Positions 9,157 to 18,694 of a DNA stretch of 56,837 nt are shown piece after piece. The DNA is from Actinomycetota bacterium. Its GTDB lineage: Bacteria > Actinomycetota > Actinomycetes > Actinomycetales > Microbacteriaceae. A model generated the notes under the pieces. It made no database searches and was not told the origin of the DNA. It saw nothing but the letters and a program-made list of their open reading frames with translations. The translations under genes and the position numbers were made by a program. The stretch lies in contig JAAFHU010000001.1 in the NCBI GenBank assembly GCA_013297645.1, forward strand, positions 6,990-63,826, read 5' to 3'. Positions within the stretch are counted from its first letter, which is position 1. Every line of letters begins with the position of its first letter.

Positions 9157-9167
9157 ATGGAGTCCCC

Positions 9168-9626
9168 ATGAGGCAGCCGCAGTACTGGTCCCTCGCACTA
9201 CGCGACATTCCCGCACCGGACTACGCGGACATGAGCATCGGCGTTCTTCCGGCCGGAGCCACGCACGACGCCGCGGTCTGGGCAGAAAACCTGTTTTCAC
9301 TGCGGGTGATGCCGCGGTGGATCGTGCTCGCGATGGGACTGCGCCAACTGCTCGTGCCGCTTATCGGCGTGCGCCCCGCGCCGCGCGACACCTTCGCCGT
9401 GCGGGCGGTCGAGGGCGACGAGGCCCTGCTGTCGTTTGACGACCGGCACCTCGACTTCCGCTGCGGGGTCGGTGTCGACAGCGAGGCCCGACTCGTGCGG
9501 GTCACCACGACGGTGCGGCTGAAGGGTTGGCGCGGGCGGCTGTACTTTGCGCCGGTGCGCCTGGCGCATCCCATCGTGGTGCACGCGATGATCCGACGCT
9601 CGCAGAAGGTGCTCGCCCGGGGCTAG
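9168..9626 (+). CDS. DUF2867-like protein
   Basis: DYAD, PRWI..LR..LV, DDRHLDFR, TTVRL..WRGRLYF..V...H motifs; GGAG RBS. Confidence 0.75.
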   Translation: MRQPQYWSLALRDIPAPDYADMSIGVLPAGATHDAAVWAENLFSLRVMPRWIVLAMGLRQLLVPLIGVRPAPRDTFAVRAVEGDEALLSFDDRHLDFRCGVGVDSEARLVRVTTTVRLKGWRGRLYFAPVRLAHPIVVHAMIRRSQKVLARG

Positions 9627-9681
9627 GGTGTGAGACACCCAGCTCTATTCAGAAACCGTGCTGATCCGACAGCCGCCGCCG

Positions 9682-11121
9682 ATGGGTTCCACTGTGAAAC
9701 TCGCTGTCACACTCGCTTCGCTCGTGCTTATCGCCTCCGGGCTGGTCGTCGTGCAGCCCGCCGCCGCAGTGGTCGTCGCCCCGACACCGGTCGTGCAGGG
9801 CAACCGGCTGGTCAATGCGGTCACCGGGGCGACCTTCGTGCCGCACGGGGTGAACATCCCCGGCTTGGAATACTCCTGCGTGCAGGGGTGGCGCACCCTG
9901 CCCGCGGCGAACGAGTTCACGACGCTCGCCGCGTGGAAGGTGAACACGGTGCGCCTGCCGCTCAACGAGAGCTGCTGGCTCGGCCTCGACGGCGCCCCCT
10001 CGGGCGGCAGCGTCGCCCAGTACAAGGCGGATGTCGCGGCCTGGGTGAACGGGGCAGTCTCCGCTGGCCTGGCTGTCATCCTCGATCTGCACTGGAACGC
10101 CCCGGCCGGGTACGTCGCGAGCGGCCAGCGCGCGATGCCCGACGAGCGCTCCGCCGCATTCTGGACCTCCGTCGCGACCGCCTACGCCGGCAACGCGTCG
10201 GTGCTCTTCGAGCTGTTCAACGAGCCCTATTCGCGCAGTGGCTTCACCCTCACGTGGGACTGCTGGAAGAACGGTGGATGCCGGGCCCCCGTCGAGAACG
10301 ACGCCACCGGATCGCTCAGCGGCACCACCTACGCCGTCACGGGCATGCAGACCCTCGTCAACGCCGTGCGCGCGACGGGCGCGGCCCAGCCCCTGCTGCT
10401 CGGCGGGCTGAACTACAGCAACGACCTCACCGGCTGGATCGCGAACAAGCCGACCGACCCGCTCAACCAGCTCGTTGTCGCGTGGCACAACTACCCCGGC
10501 CAGGGCTGCAGCACCAGCTGCTGGAACTCGACCGTCACGACCGTCGCCGCGAGCTACCCCATCGTGACCACCGAGTTCGGCAACACCGCAGAGACCAGCT
10601 CGACGGCCGCGGGAAGCAACGGCAACTACCTGGTGCCCTTCATGACCTGGGCCGACGCGCACGGCATCGGCTACCTGCCGTGGGCCTGGTGGGATGTCGG
10701 CGCGGCCGAGGCGAACGGCAACGGCAGCGACATCTACGCCCTGTACACCGGCTCGTCCTTCACACCGAAGGCGCCGAGCGGCACGAAGTTCAAGAACTAC
10801 CTCGCCTCCCTGGTCTCACCGCCGGCCAACCCGACGCCGCGACCGGCATTCCGAGACGCCAACGGCGATGGCGTATTCGATGTCATCCCTCCCCCGCCGC
10901 CAGAATTCTCGGTGACTCCCGGCCCCGACCAGGGCCCGCCGCCGACGGCGCCGGCCGTGCGCAGCGGCGGCAACGCCATCACCGGCGCGCACCACGTGTT
11001 CGTGGTGATGCGGCTTGACAGCACGGGCCGGCCCCGGCTGTTCCGAGGCGACCTCCGCGGCGGAGTAATGGAGTGGTCGATCGTTCCCGGCGATCTCGGG
11101 CGGCTATTCGCCGTGGGCTAG
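9682..11121 (+). CDS. Secreted GH5 glycoside hydrolase (cellulase-like)
   Basis: Signal peptide; VRLPLNE, ILDLHW, FELFNEP (acid/base), HNY, TTEFG (nucleophile); Pro-rich tail. Exact start uncertain. Confidence 0.88.
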   Translation: MGSTVKLAVTLASLVLIASGLVVVQPAAAVVVAPTPVVQGNRLVNAVTGATFVPHGVNIPGLEYSCVQGWRTLPAANEFTTLAAWKVNTVRLPLNESCWLGLDGAPSGGSVAQYKADVAAWVNGAVSAGLAVILDLHWNAPAGYVASGQRAMPDERSAAFWTSVATAYAGNASVLFELFNEPYSRSGFTLTWDCWKNGGCRAPVENDATGSLSGTTYAVTGMQTLVNAVRATGAAQPLLLGGLNYSNDLTGWIANKPTDPLNQLVVAWHNYPGQGCSTSCWNSTVTTVAASYPIVTTEFGNTAETSSTAAGSNGNYLVPFMTWADAHGIGYLPWAWWDVGAAEANGNGSDIYALYTGSSFTPKAPSGTKFKNYLASLVSPPANPTPRPAFRDANGDGVFDVIPPPPPEFSVTPGPDQGPPPTAPAVRSGGNAITGAHHVFVVMRLDSTGRPRLFRGDLRGGVMEWSIVPGDLGRLFAVG

Positions 11122-11888
11122 CGCTCCCAGTCGAGCCGGTGGTCCCATGCATAGCGGTAGTAGTCCGCGTGCTCGAGATGCCGGGCAGCGGCTTCGTCAA
11201 CGATGACCGTGACCCGTGGGTGCAGTTGCACGACCGACCCCGGGGTGCTGGCACTCACCGGCCCCTCCAGGGCTGCGGCCACCGCGTCGGCCTTGGATTC
11301 GCCGAAGGCCAGCAGCACGAGGTGGCGGGCCCGCAGGATGGTGCCGAGGCCCTGGGTGATGCAGTGGGTCGGTACTTCGTCGGGCGAGTCGAAGAAGCGC
11401 GCGTTGTCGAGCCGCGTGGACTCGGTGAGAGTCTTCACGCGGGTCAGCGAGGCCAGTGACGAGCCCGGCTCGTTGAAGCCGATGTGGCCCGTGCGACCGA
11501 TGCCGAGCACCTGCAGGTCGATGCCGCCGGCCGCATAGATGTCGCGCTCGTAACGCTCCCCCGCGCCCTGCAGCGGCAGCCCGTCGTCACCCGGCACGCG
11601 CACGCTGCCCGGCTGCAGTCCGAGGGGCGCCACCACCTCGCGGTCGATGACGGCGCGGTAACTCTGCGAGTGGCCAGCGGGAAGGCCGACGTACTCGTCG
11701 AGGGCGAATCCGCGCACGGCACCGAGGTCGAGGCCCTGCGCCGCGAGTGCGCGATAGGTGCTCAGCGGGGTGGATCCGGTGGCGAAACCGAGCACGGCAT
11801 CCGGCAGCTGCTCTAGCAGCGAGCGGATGATCCCCGCGGCGATGTCGCCCGCTTCGTCGGCGCTGCCGACGATGACGACCTCAGCCAT
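11118..11888 (-). CDS. nagB: Glucosamine-6-phosphate deaminase
   Basis: FATGSTP, LDEYVG, LGIGRTGHIGFNEPG. Confidence 0.96.
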   Translation of the reverse strand: MAEVVIVGSADEAGDIAAGIIRSLLEQLPDAVLGFATGSTPLSTYRALAAQGLDLGAVRGFALDEYVGLPAGHSQSYRAVIDREVVAPLGLQPGSVRVPGDDGLPLQGAGERYERDIYAAGGIDLQVLGIGRTGHIGFNEPGSSLASLTRVKTLTESTRLDNARFFDSPDEVPTHCITQGLGTILRARHLVLLAFGESKADAVAAALEGPVSASTPGSVVQLHPRVTVIVDEAAARHLEHADYYRYAWDHRLDWER

Positions 11889-12810
11889 CGTGTCTGTCCA
11901 GGTGCGCTGCGCCGAGGTGCGCCGCGCCGAGCGCTGCCACGGGCGAGTCGGAGGGGATCAGCGTCACCCGCCGGGCGAGCTCGAGCGAGCGGATGAAGGG
12001 CGACTGTGCCTCCCAGCCCTCGATGACCAGCTGCACGCCGTCCATGAGGCGCGGCCCGAGCTTCGCGAGGCCGCCCCCGATGACGACGAGGTCGACGTCG
12101 ACGGTGAGCACGAGAATCCGCACGGCGGCAGCGACGCCGCCGAAGAGGCGGCGGCGGATCTCGATGGCTCGCGCGTCGCCCGCATCCGCGGCGTCGAGCA
12201 CGGCCGTGACCGAGTTCTCCTCGCCGGTCGCCCACTGGCGCGCGATCCCGGAGCCCGACGCGACGACCTCGAGTCCGCCGTGCTGCCCGTCCAGATCGAG
12301 AGGTCCTGCCGGGTCGACCAGCACGTGGCCGATCTCGCCTGCCGCGCCGCGGGCACCGCGCCACAGCTCACCGCGCAGCACGAGGCCGGCGGCCAGCCCG
12401 GTGCCCAGGTTGACATACCCGATGGATGCCGTGACCGGCTGCTGCAGCAGGTGGAAGGCCCCCAGCGCCGCCGCGTTGACATCGTTCTCGACCCGCACCG
12501 GCATGCCGAAGTGGCTCGCCAGTGTGGCGCCGAGCTCGAGGCGCTCGATGCCGAGGTTGATCGCGTGCGACACGAGCCCCTGGGCCGAGTCGACCGTGCC
12601 GGGGATGCCGACGCCGATCGCGCGGATCTCACCGAGCGACCCTGCCGCAACCCCCGTCACGGCGGCGATCGCCGAGGCGACGACCTCCTCGGGCCCGTAC
12701 CCGGTGGGGATGCGCAGGCTCTGCAGCACGGTGCCGGCCGCATCGACGAGCACGGCCTCCGTCTTGGTTCCGCCGATGTCCACGCCGACGCGTAGCTCGT
12801 GGGGGGTCAT
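11881..12810 (-). CDS. ROK-family sugar kinase (likely GlcNAc kinase)
   Basis: VDIGGTKT, ENDVNAAA, GTGLAAG, AGEIGH; no HTH; located in the nag cluster. Confidence 0.85.
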   Translation of the reverse strand: MTPHELRVGVDIGGTKTEAVLVDAAGTVLQSLRIPTGYGPEEVVASAIAAVTGVAAGSLGEIRAIGVGIPGTVDSAQGLVSHAINLGIERLELGATLASHFGMPVRVENDVNAAALGAFHLLQQPVTASIGYVNLGTGLAAGLVLRGELWRGARGAAGEIGHVLVDPAGPLDLDGQHGGLEVVASGSGIARQWATGEENSVTAVLDAADAGDARAIEIRRRLFGGVAAAVRILVLTVDVDLVVIGGGLAKLGPRLMDGVQLVIEGWEAQSPFIRSLELARRVTLIPSDSPVAALGAAHLGAAHLDRHDG

Positions 12811-12832
12811 CGAACACTCCTGATCTGAGGGT

Positions 12833-12885
12833 GGGTGGCGCGCCGAGACGTCAATCCCTGGTCGGCATCACGGGTCGCGCCACCC
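12833..12885. other. Intergenic stem-loop
   Basis: GGGTGGCGCG ... CGCGCCACCC 10-bp inverted repeat between the permease and the kinase genes. Confidence 0.5.
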
Positions 12886-12898
12886 GGCTTGAGGTCGG

Positions 12899-13735
12899 TC
12901 ATCCTTTTACGGCTCCCGAGACGAGTCCAGAGGTGAGTCGGCCCTGGACGATGAGGAAGAAGATGATGACGGGCACGGCGACGAGGGTTGAGGCCGCCAT
13001 GACCTGCCCCCAGTCCGTCTCCTTGGTAGCGCTCGCCTGCACGAAGCCGCGCAGCCAGAGCGGCAGGGTGTGCGCAGACTCCGATGGCAGCAGCACGAGG
13101 GCGACGGTGAACTCATTCCACGCCTGGAGGAATGCGTAGACGCCGGAGGCGACGAGGCCGGGCGCGAGCAGCGGGAAGGTGATGCGCATGAAGGCGCCGA
13201 AGCGGCTGAGCCCGTCGACCATGGCGGCCTCCTCGAGGTCGGCCGGCACCCCGGCGACGAAGCCGCGCAGCATCCAGATGGTGAAGGGCACGACTGCGGC
13301 GATGTAGATGACGCTGACGCCGATGACGGAGTCGAGCAGGCCGACCGCCGACACCATCTTGTACTGAGCGATGAAGAGGCCCTCGGCCGGCAGCATCTGC
13401 ACGATGAGCACGGCGATGACGAAGCTCGTGCGCCCGCGGAAGCGGAAACGGCTGATCGCGACCGCCGCGAGGAAGGCGAAGATGATGCAGAAGAACACGA
13501 CCGTCAGGGTGATCGCCAGGCTCATGCCGAGCGCCGAGAAGAAACTGCCGTCGGCGAGGGTGCCGACGTAGTTCGAGATGGTCGCCGGCGCGGGGAAGAA
13601 GGTCGGGATGAAGGACTGCAGCTGGATGTTCGGGATGAACGACGAGTTGGCCATCCAGTAGACGGGGAAGACCCAGACCAGCGCGATGACGATGGCCAGC
13701 GCGCTGAGCAGGCCCCTGCGAAGACGGGCGCTCAT
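12899..13735 (-). CDS. Carbohydrate ABC transporter permease (MalG-type)
   Basis: LEEAAMVDG EAA loop, AWNEF; ATGA overlap with the upstream permease. Confidence 0.93.
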   Translation of the reverse strand: MSARLRRGLLSALAIVIALVWVFPVYWMANSSFIPNIQLQSFIPTFFPAPATISNYVGTLADGSFFSALGMSLAITLTVVFFCIIFAFLAAVAISRFRFRGRTSFVIAVLIVQMLPAEGLFIAQYKMVSAVGLLDSVIGVSVIYIAAVVPFTIWMLRGFVAGVPADLEEAAMVDGLSRFGAFMRITFPLLAPGLVASGVYAFLQAWNEFTVALVLLPSESAHTLPLWLRGFVQASATKETDWGQVMAASTLVAVPVIIFFLIVQGRLTSGLVSGAVKG

Positions 13736-14640
13736 GCCTGGTCCTCCCTGAGAAGGCTGCGGATGTAGAACCAGCTGAGCGCGATCGTGATCGCGAGCAC
13801 GAGGATTGAGACGGCCGAGGCCATTCCGAAGTCCTGCGAGCTGGTGCCGAGCTTGTAGATGTAGGTGCCGAGCAGGTCGAACTCGCCCGACTTGGATCCC
13901 GCGTCTTTCAGCATCGTGATCTGGGTGAAGACGCGCAGGTCCCAGATGAGCTGCAGCAGCAGCACGATCGCGATGACCGGGCGGATCATCGGGGCGATGA
14001 TGAACCAGAAGCGCTGCCATCCGTTGGTGCCGTCGAGCTGGGCGGCCTCGAGCACCTCGTCGCTGACCTGGGTGAGCCCCGCGTAGATCGAGAAGGCGAC
14101 GAAGGGAACCGACATCCAGATGACGATGACGCTGGCGACGAGGAAGAAGGTCGACGGCTGGGCGAGCCAGTCGAAGCGGTTCATGTCGACACCGGGGATC
14201 ATGTCGAGCAGGTAGTTGACGACGCCGCGGCGGCGGTCGAAGAGCCAGATCCAGACGGTCATGGCGGCGACGACGGGCATCGCCCAGGCGAGAAGCAGGC
14301 CGACCTGCAGGATCAGGCGGGCCGCCGTGGTGACCGCGGCCATGAGCAGGGCGAGCAGGGCGCCGACGGCCAGGGTGACGAAGGCGGTGACGATGCAGAA
14401 CACCAGCGACCGCAGCACCACCCACCAGAGGTCGGCGTTGCCGGCGAGCTCTGCATAGTTGTCCAGGCCGACGAAGGGGGCGGGCTTGCCGAACTGCTGG
14501 GCCAGGCCGTACTCCTGCAGCGAAGTGACGATCTGGAATACCAGCGGGTAGCCCATACCGGCCAGCAGGATGACGACGGCCGGCACGAGGAGGAGGTACG
14601 GCGCCGGGTGGCGCCGGCGGCCGGTGCTGATTGCGGACAT
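13732..14640 (-). CDS. Carbohydrate ABC transporter permease (MalF-type)
   Basis: FVGLDNY, LEAAQLDG EAA loop. Confidence 0.93.
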   Translation of the reverse strand: MSAISTGRRRHPAPYLLLVPAVVILLAGMGYPLVFQIVTSLQEYGLAQQFGKPAPFVGLDNYAELAGNADLWWVVLRSLVFCIVTAFVTLAVGALLALLMAAVTTAARLILQVGLLLAWAMPVVAAMTVWIWLFDRRRGVVNYLLDMIPGVDMNRFDWLAQPSTFFLVASVIVIWMSVPFVAFSIYAGLTQVSDEVLEAAQLDGTNGWQRFWFIIAPMIRPVIAIVLLLQLIWDLRVFTQITMLKDAGSKSGEFDLLGTYIYKLGTSSQDFGMASAVSILVLAITIALSWFYIRSLLREDQA

Positions 14641-14681
14641 GACGGACTCTCCTCTCTCAAGGCATCAGAAGTGAAGGGGAA

Positions 14682-14717
14682 CGGGGGTCGAGCCTGTCGA
14701 GACCGGCTCGACCCCCG
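14682..14717. repeat. Stem-loop containing a REP-like unit, downstream of the binding-protein gene
   Basis: Perfect 13-bp stem CGGGGGTCGAGCC/GGCTCGACCCCCG; contains GGTCGAGCCTGTCGAGACC. Confidence 0.7.
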
Positions 14718-14729
14718 GGTGAAACGGGA

Positions 14730-16031
14730 CTAGCCGTTGATCAGTTCGTCGATCTTGGCGTCGTACTCCTTGGCGAGCGCCGTGATGTCGCCTCCGCCGT
14801 TGACCTTGCCGAAGAACTCCTCGAGCAGGCCCGAGCCCTCGACGGCAGCCCAGCCGGGAGCGGCGGGGGTCAGCTTCGAGTTGGCAGCGGACTCCGACAG
14901 GGCCTTGGCGAACTGGTCGTCTCCGAGAGCGGAGGCGTAGTCCAGGTTTGCCGGGCCGAGGCCGTTCTGGCCGAGCAGCGTCTGGTACTCCTCCGAGAAG
15001 ATGATCTTGAGGAGTTCACGCGACGCGCTCTGGTTCTTGCTGGCCGCCGAGATGGCGATGTTCGATCCACCGGCGAAGACCGGGGCTGCTCCACCGTCGA
15101 CACCGGGGAGCACGAAGACGCCGAACACGTCGTCGTTCCAGGTGGCGACGGTCTTCGTCGAGTCCGCGGGGTCCGGGGTGAGGTCACCGATCGACCAGTG
15201 CGCCCATCCGGGTGCGATGATCGTCGCGGCCTCGGGGGCTCCGGTGCTCGCGTTGTTGTTGATGTTGACCCACGGGGTGGAGTCGGCCTCGGTGACCGGG
15301 GCGAGCGAGGCGTCGGTGTAGACAGCCTGCAGCTGCTCGAGGCCCTCGATCGTCTTCGGGTCGGACAGCGACGACGACCAGGTGGTGCCGTCGACGGTCG
15401 CGAGCTCTCCACCGTTGGCGAAGATCCACGAGACGCCGTTGCGCCAGTCCTCTCCGCCGATGTAGAAGCCCGACTGCCCGGCGGTCTTCAGCGTCGCGAC
15501 ACTCTCGTTGAACTCCTCGAGGGTGGTCGGAACGCTCAGGCCGGCAGCGGCCCAGACATCCTTGCGGTAGAAGATGTAGCGCGAGCCGAAGTAGTACGGC
15601 TCGGCGTAGTTGGCGCCGTCGACCGTGCCGACGTCGACGAAGGACTTGAGCAGCTTGTCGCCGCCGAGCTCCTCGTGCAGGTCGGTGATGTCGCTGAACG
15701 CGCCGACGGTGGTGAAGGTCGGCGACCAGGTGTTGCCGATCTCTACAACGTCAGGGGTATTCTCGGCATCAGGCAGTGCTGTGGTGAGCTTCGAAAGAGC
15801 GTCGCTCCAGTCTTGCTGCTCAATGGTAAGGGTGCCCCCGGTTGCGTCCGCGTACTCGGTCTTAAGGTAGTCGCGCAGCGCTTCCGGGGTGTCACCTCCC
15901 ATGACCCAGAAGGTGATGTCCTTGCCACCGGTGAACTCGTCGGTCGCAGCGGGGGTGTCCGTGCTCGCGCACCCGCCGAGAACGAGAAGCGCGGCGGTCG
16001 CCGCAGCGACCACTCCAAACTTTCTGTTCAT
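14730..16031 (-). CDS. Sugar-binding lipoprotein (DasA/NgcE-like, probable chito-oligosaccharide)
   Basis: Lipobox LGGC, PDVVEIGNT, FAGGSNIAI; substrate inferred from the nag context. Confidence 0.88.
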   Translation of the reverse strand: MNRKFGVVAAATAALLVLGGCASTDTPAATDEFTGGKDITFWVMGGDTPEALRDYLKTEYADATGGTLTIEQQDWSDALSKLTTALPDAENTPDVVEIGNTWSPTFTTVGAFSDITDLHEELGGDKLLKSFVDVGTVDGANYAEPYYFGSRYIFYRKDVWAAAGLSVPTTLEEFNESVATLKTAGQSGFYIGGEDWRNGVSWIFANGGELATVDGTTWSSSLSDPKTIEGLEQLQAVYTDASLAPVTEADSTPWVNINNNASTGAPEAATIIAPGWAHWSIGDLTPDPADSTKTVATWNDDVFGVFVLPGVDGGAAPVFAGGSNIAISAASKNQSASRELLKIIFSEEYQTLLGQNGLGPANLDYASALGDDQFAKALSESAANSKLTPAAPGWAAVEGSGLLEEFFGKVNGGGDITALAKEYDAKIDELING

Positions 16032-16097
16032 TGTGTCTTCCTTTGTTGACGTGCGACGGGGTGCCGAATGGTCACTCCGCTGGTGCAGGGATTGAGG

Positions 16098-17276
16098 TCA
16101 CGAGACCCCGAGCTGTCCGGAGAGCACCATGACGGCGGCGCCGCGCATGACGATGTCCTCTCCGAGGGTGGTCATCCGCAGAATGAGATCGCCGTGAAAC
16201 TCGGCCATCGTCCTCGCGCGGAGTGTCTCGATGGTGGCTGTCGCAAGCACGCCATCAAGTAGTTCGGTCGGGCCGCTCAAGACAACCTCGGCGAGGTTGA
16301 GGGCGCCGACCACGGGAGCGAGGGCAATGCCGAGGCGCTGACCCGCTTCCGTCAAGATCGTGTTTCGCTCGTCCATCGACGTGGATGCCGCCAGCGCGGC
16401 CTCCAAGCGCGGCACGGCCAGCCAGGTCTCGAGGCAGCCGCGCTTGCCGCACGCGCACTCCGCGCCGCCGTCCGTTCCGACGACCACGTGACCGATCTCG
16501 CCTGCAGCGAATCGGCTGCCGAAGAGCGGCGTGCCGTCGAGCAGCAGGCCGCCGCCCACACCGTGGCCGACTTTGATGAGCATCATGTCGCTGTCGGCAT
16601 CACCGAAGCTGTGCTCGGCGAGCGCGGCGGCATTCGCGTCATTGATCACGAGCACGGGCACGCCGAAGCGGTTCTCGAGCAGCTGCTGCAGCGGCTCGCC
16701 GGCCCAGCCGAGGTTGGGCGCACTGAGCACGGTGCCGCCAAGGTCCACGACACCGGGTGAGCCGACACCGATGCCGAGAATAGGGAGGGTCGTCCTCGCG
16801 ACGAGCGATTCGACGAGCGACACGACCTTGGCGGTCGCGTTGGCGCCCGTGCTGCCCGCGAGCGGCAGCTGGGCACGCTCGATGATCTGGCCGTCGAAGT
16901 CGAGGATCGCCGCGCGGAACTCCGAGTAGCCGCTGAGGTCGACGCCGATGATCTGGAAGGCCTCGCGATTGAGGTCGAGCATGGTGGCGGGCTTGCCGGG
17001 ACGGGCGTCCTCGCGCTGTCCGACCTCGATGACGAGGTCTTCGAGCATCAGCTCGGCGACGAGGTCGCTGATGGTGACGCGGGTGAGGCCGGTCTCGCGC
17101 GCGATGTCGGCGCGGCTCTGGCTGCCGGCGCGATAGAGGGTCTGCAGCACCAGGGAGCGGTTGTGCCCGCGGGCGTGCTCGGGCAGCACCTTGGTCGTCG
17201 GGCGCAGGGCACGGCCGCGGGCGTTGGGCCTCGGGAGGCCCGTCGCGGTGCTTCTCTGCACATCCGACGTTGTCAT
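16098..17276 (-). CDS. ROK-family transcriptional repressor
   Basis: N-terminal HTH (SRADIARETGLTRVTIS), GKPA, AGEIGH, CACGKRGCLE zinc site. Confidence 0.92.
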   Translation of the reverse strand: MTTSDVQRSTATGLPRPNARGRALRPTTKVLPEHARGHNRSLVLQTLYRAGSQSRADIARETGLTRVTISDLVAELMLEDLVIEVGQREDARPGKPATMLDLNREAFQIIGVDLSGYSEFRAAILDFDGQIIERAQLPLAGSTGANATAKVVSLVESLVARTTLPILGIGVGSPGVVDLGGTVLSAPNLGWAGEPLQQLLENRFGVPVLVINDANAAALAEHSFGDADSDMMLIKVGHGVGGGLLLDGTPLFGSRFAAGEIGHVVVGTDGGAECACGKRGCLETWLAVPRLEAALAASTSMDERNTILTEAGQRLGIALAPVVGALNLAEVVLSGPTELLDGVLATATIETLRARTMAEFHGDLILRMTTLGEDIVMRGAAVMVLSGQLGVS

Positions 17277-17277
17277 G

Positions 17278-17336
17278 TTTGTTAGTAAAGCTTACGAACA
17301 AACTCTGCGCAAGGTTCGTTAGGAGCGTTTACATAT
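17278..17336. promoter_or_regulatory. ROK-type operator sites
   Basis: Imperfect palindrome TTTGTT-A-GTAA-AGC-TTAC-G-AACAAA (17278-17302) directly upstream of the repressor start, plus related TTCGTTAGGAGCGTTTACATAT (17315-17336). Confidence 0.65.
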
Positions 17337-17403
17337 TCGTTACATTGCAACTTGCGAGCGAAACTTCATGCGTTCGCAACAGTAGTTGCGGCATGCTTGC
17401 CCT

Positions 17404-17835
17404 ATGACCTCCCTGCAGAAGAAGCACGCCATCGCGGCCTTCGCCGCGCTCTCCCTTGCCACCACCCTGGCCGGATGCGCCGAGGCCTCCCCCGACGCCG
17501 GCGGCGGCGCCGACACGGCCGTCACCGGCCCCTACAAGGACGGCACTTTCGAGGCCACCGCCGACTACCAGTCGCCCAACGGCACCGAGACGATCAAGGT
17601 CACCCTGTCGCTTGAGGGCGACAAGGTCACCGACGTCGAGGTCGAGGGCGCCAGCGTCGACCCGAGCCCCGAGGTGATCCGCTACCAGGGCGAGTTCGAA
17701 GACGGGATCGCCGCCGAGGTCGTCGGCAAGAAACTCGACGACCTGCAGGTCGATCGCGTCGGCGGCTCGTCGCTGACCAGCGGCGGCTTCAACGAGGCCG
17801 TGGAGCAGATCAAGGTCAAGGCGCAGCCTGCCTAA
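17404..17835 (+). CDS. FMN-binding (flavinylated) lipoprotein
   Basis: Lipobox LAGC, YKDGTF, C-terminal VGGSSLTSGGF flavinylation-type motif; adjacent to ApbE. Confidence 0.85.
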   Translation: MTSLQKKHAIAAFAALSLATTLAGCAEASPDAGGGADTAVTGPYKDGTFEATADYQSPNGTETIKVTLSLEGDKVTDVEVEGASVDPSPEVIRYQGEFEDGIAAEVVGKKLDDLQVDRVGGSSLTSGGFNEAVEQIKVKAQPA

Positions 17836-18694
17836 GCTCCCCCACACCGTCGGATTCCACGGCATCGGCACCGCCTGGGAGATCGACACCGCAGCTCCAC
17901 TCGAGGCGACGGTGCTCGCCGAGGTGGAGCAGCGCATTGCCCAGTTCGACAGGGTCTACTCGCGATTTCGCGAGGACTCGCTCGTCGCCCGCATCGCCGC
18001 CGAGCCCGGCAGCTACCGGTTTCCGCCCGACGCGGAGCCGCTGTTCGCGCTCTACCGCCGGCTGTACGAGGCGACGGATGGCGCGGTCACCCCCCTCGTC
18101 GGCCGCGCCCTCGAGACGCTGGGCTACGACCGCGCCTATTCGCTGCGGCCGAGCGGCCCGCCGCGCGCCGTGCCCCCGTGGGACGAGGCCTTCGGGTGGG
18201 ACGGAGAGCGGCTCACTGTGCTGAGCCCGGTGACCGTGGATGTCGGGGCGGCAGGCAAGGGATACCTCGTCGACCTTGTGGCGGGCCTGCTGCGCGCCAA
18301 CGGCGTCGACGAGTACGTCGTCGACGCGAGTGGCGACATGGTGCACCGGGGGCAGGGCAGCCTGCGGGTGGGGCTCGAGCATCCACTCGATTCGACGACG
18401 GCGATCGGCGTCTTCGAGCTGCGCAACCGCGCGCTGTGCGCCTCGGCCACGAACCGCCGCAGCTGGGGCTCCGACCTGCACCACGTGATCGACGCGGCGA
18501 CCGGCCTGCCAACGCGCAACGTCATTGCCACGTGGGCGATCGCCGAGTCCGCGCTGCTAGCCGACGGACTCGCTACCGCGCTATTCTTCGCCGGGGAGGA
18601 AGCGCTCTCTGGCTTCGATTTTCAGTTCGCGCGGATGTTCTCCACTGGCCACGTGGAGCACTCGGCCCAATTTGATGGAGAGTTGTTCCTATGA
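17828..18694 (+). CDS. apbE: FAD:protein FMN transferase (ApbE family)
   Basis: FHGIGTAW, SRFREDS, DVGAAGKGY, DASGD, HHVID, ADGLATA; start probably a CTG at 17828. Confidence 0.88.
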   Translation: MPKLPHTVGFHGIGTAWEIDTAAPLEATVLAEVEQRIAQFDRVYSRFREDSLVARIAAEPGSYRFPPDAEPLFALYRRLYEATDGAVTPLVGRALETLGYDRAYSLRPSGPPRAVPPWDEAFGWDGERLTVLSPVTVDVGAAGKGYLVDLVAGLLRANGVDEYVVDASGDMVHRGQGSLRVGLEHPLDSTTAIGVFELRNRALCASATNRRSWGSDLHHVIDAATGLPTRNVIATWAIAESALLADGLATALFFAGEEALSGFDFQFARMFSTGHVEHSAQFDGELFL

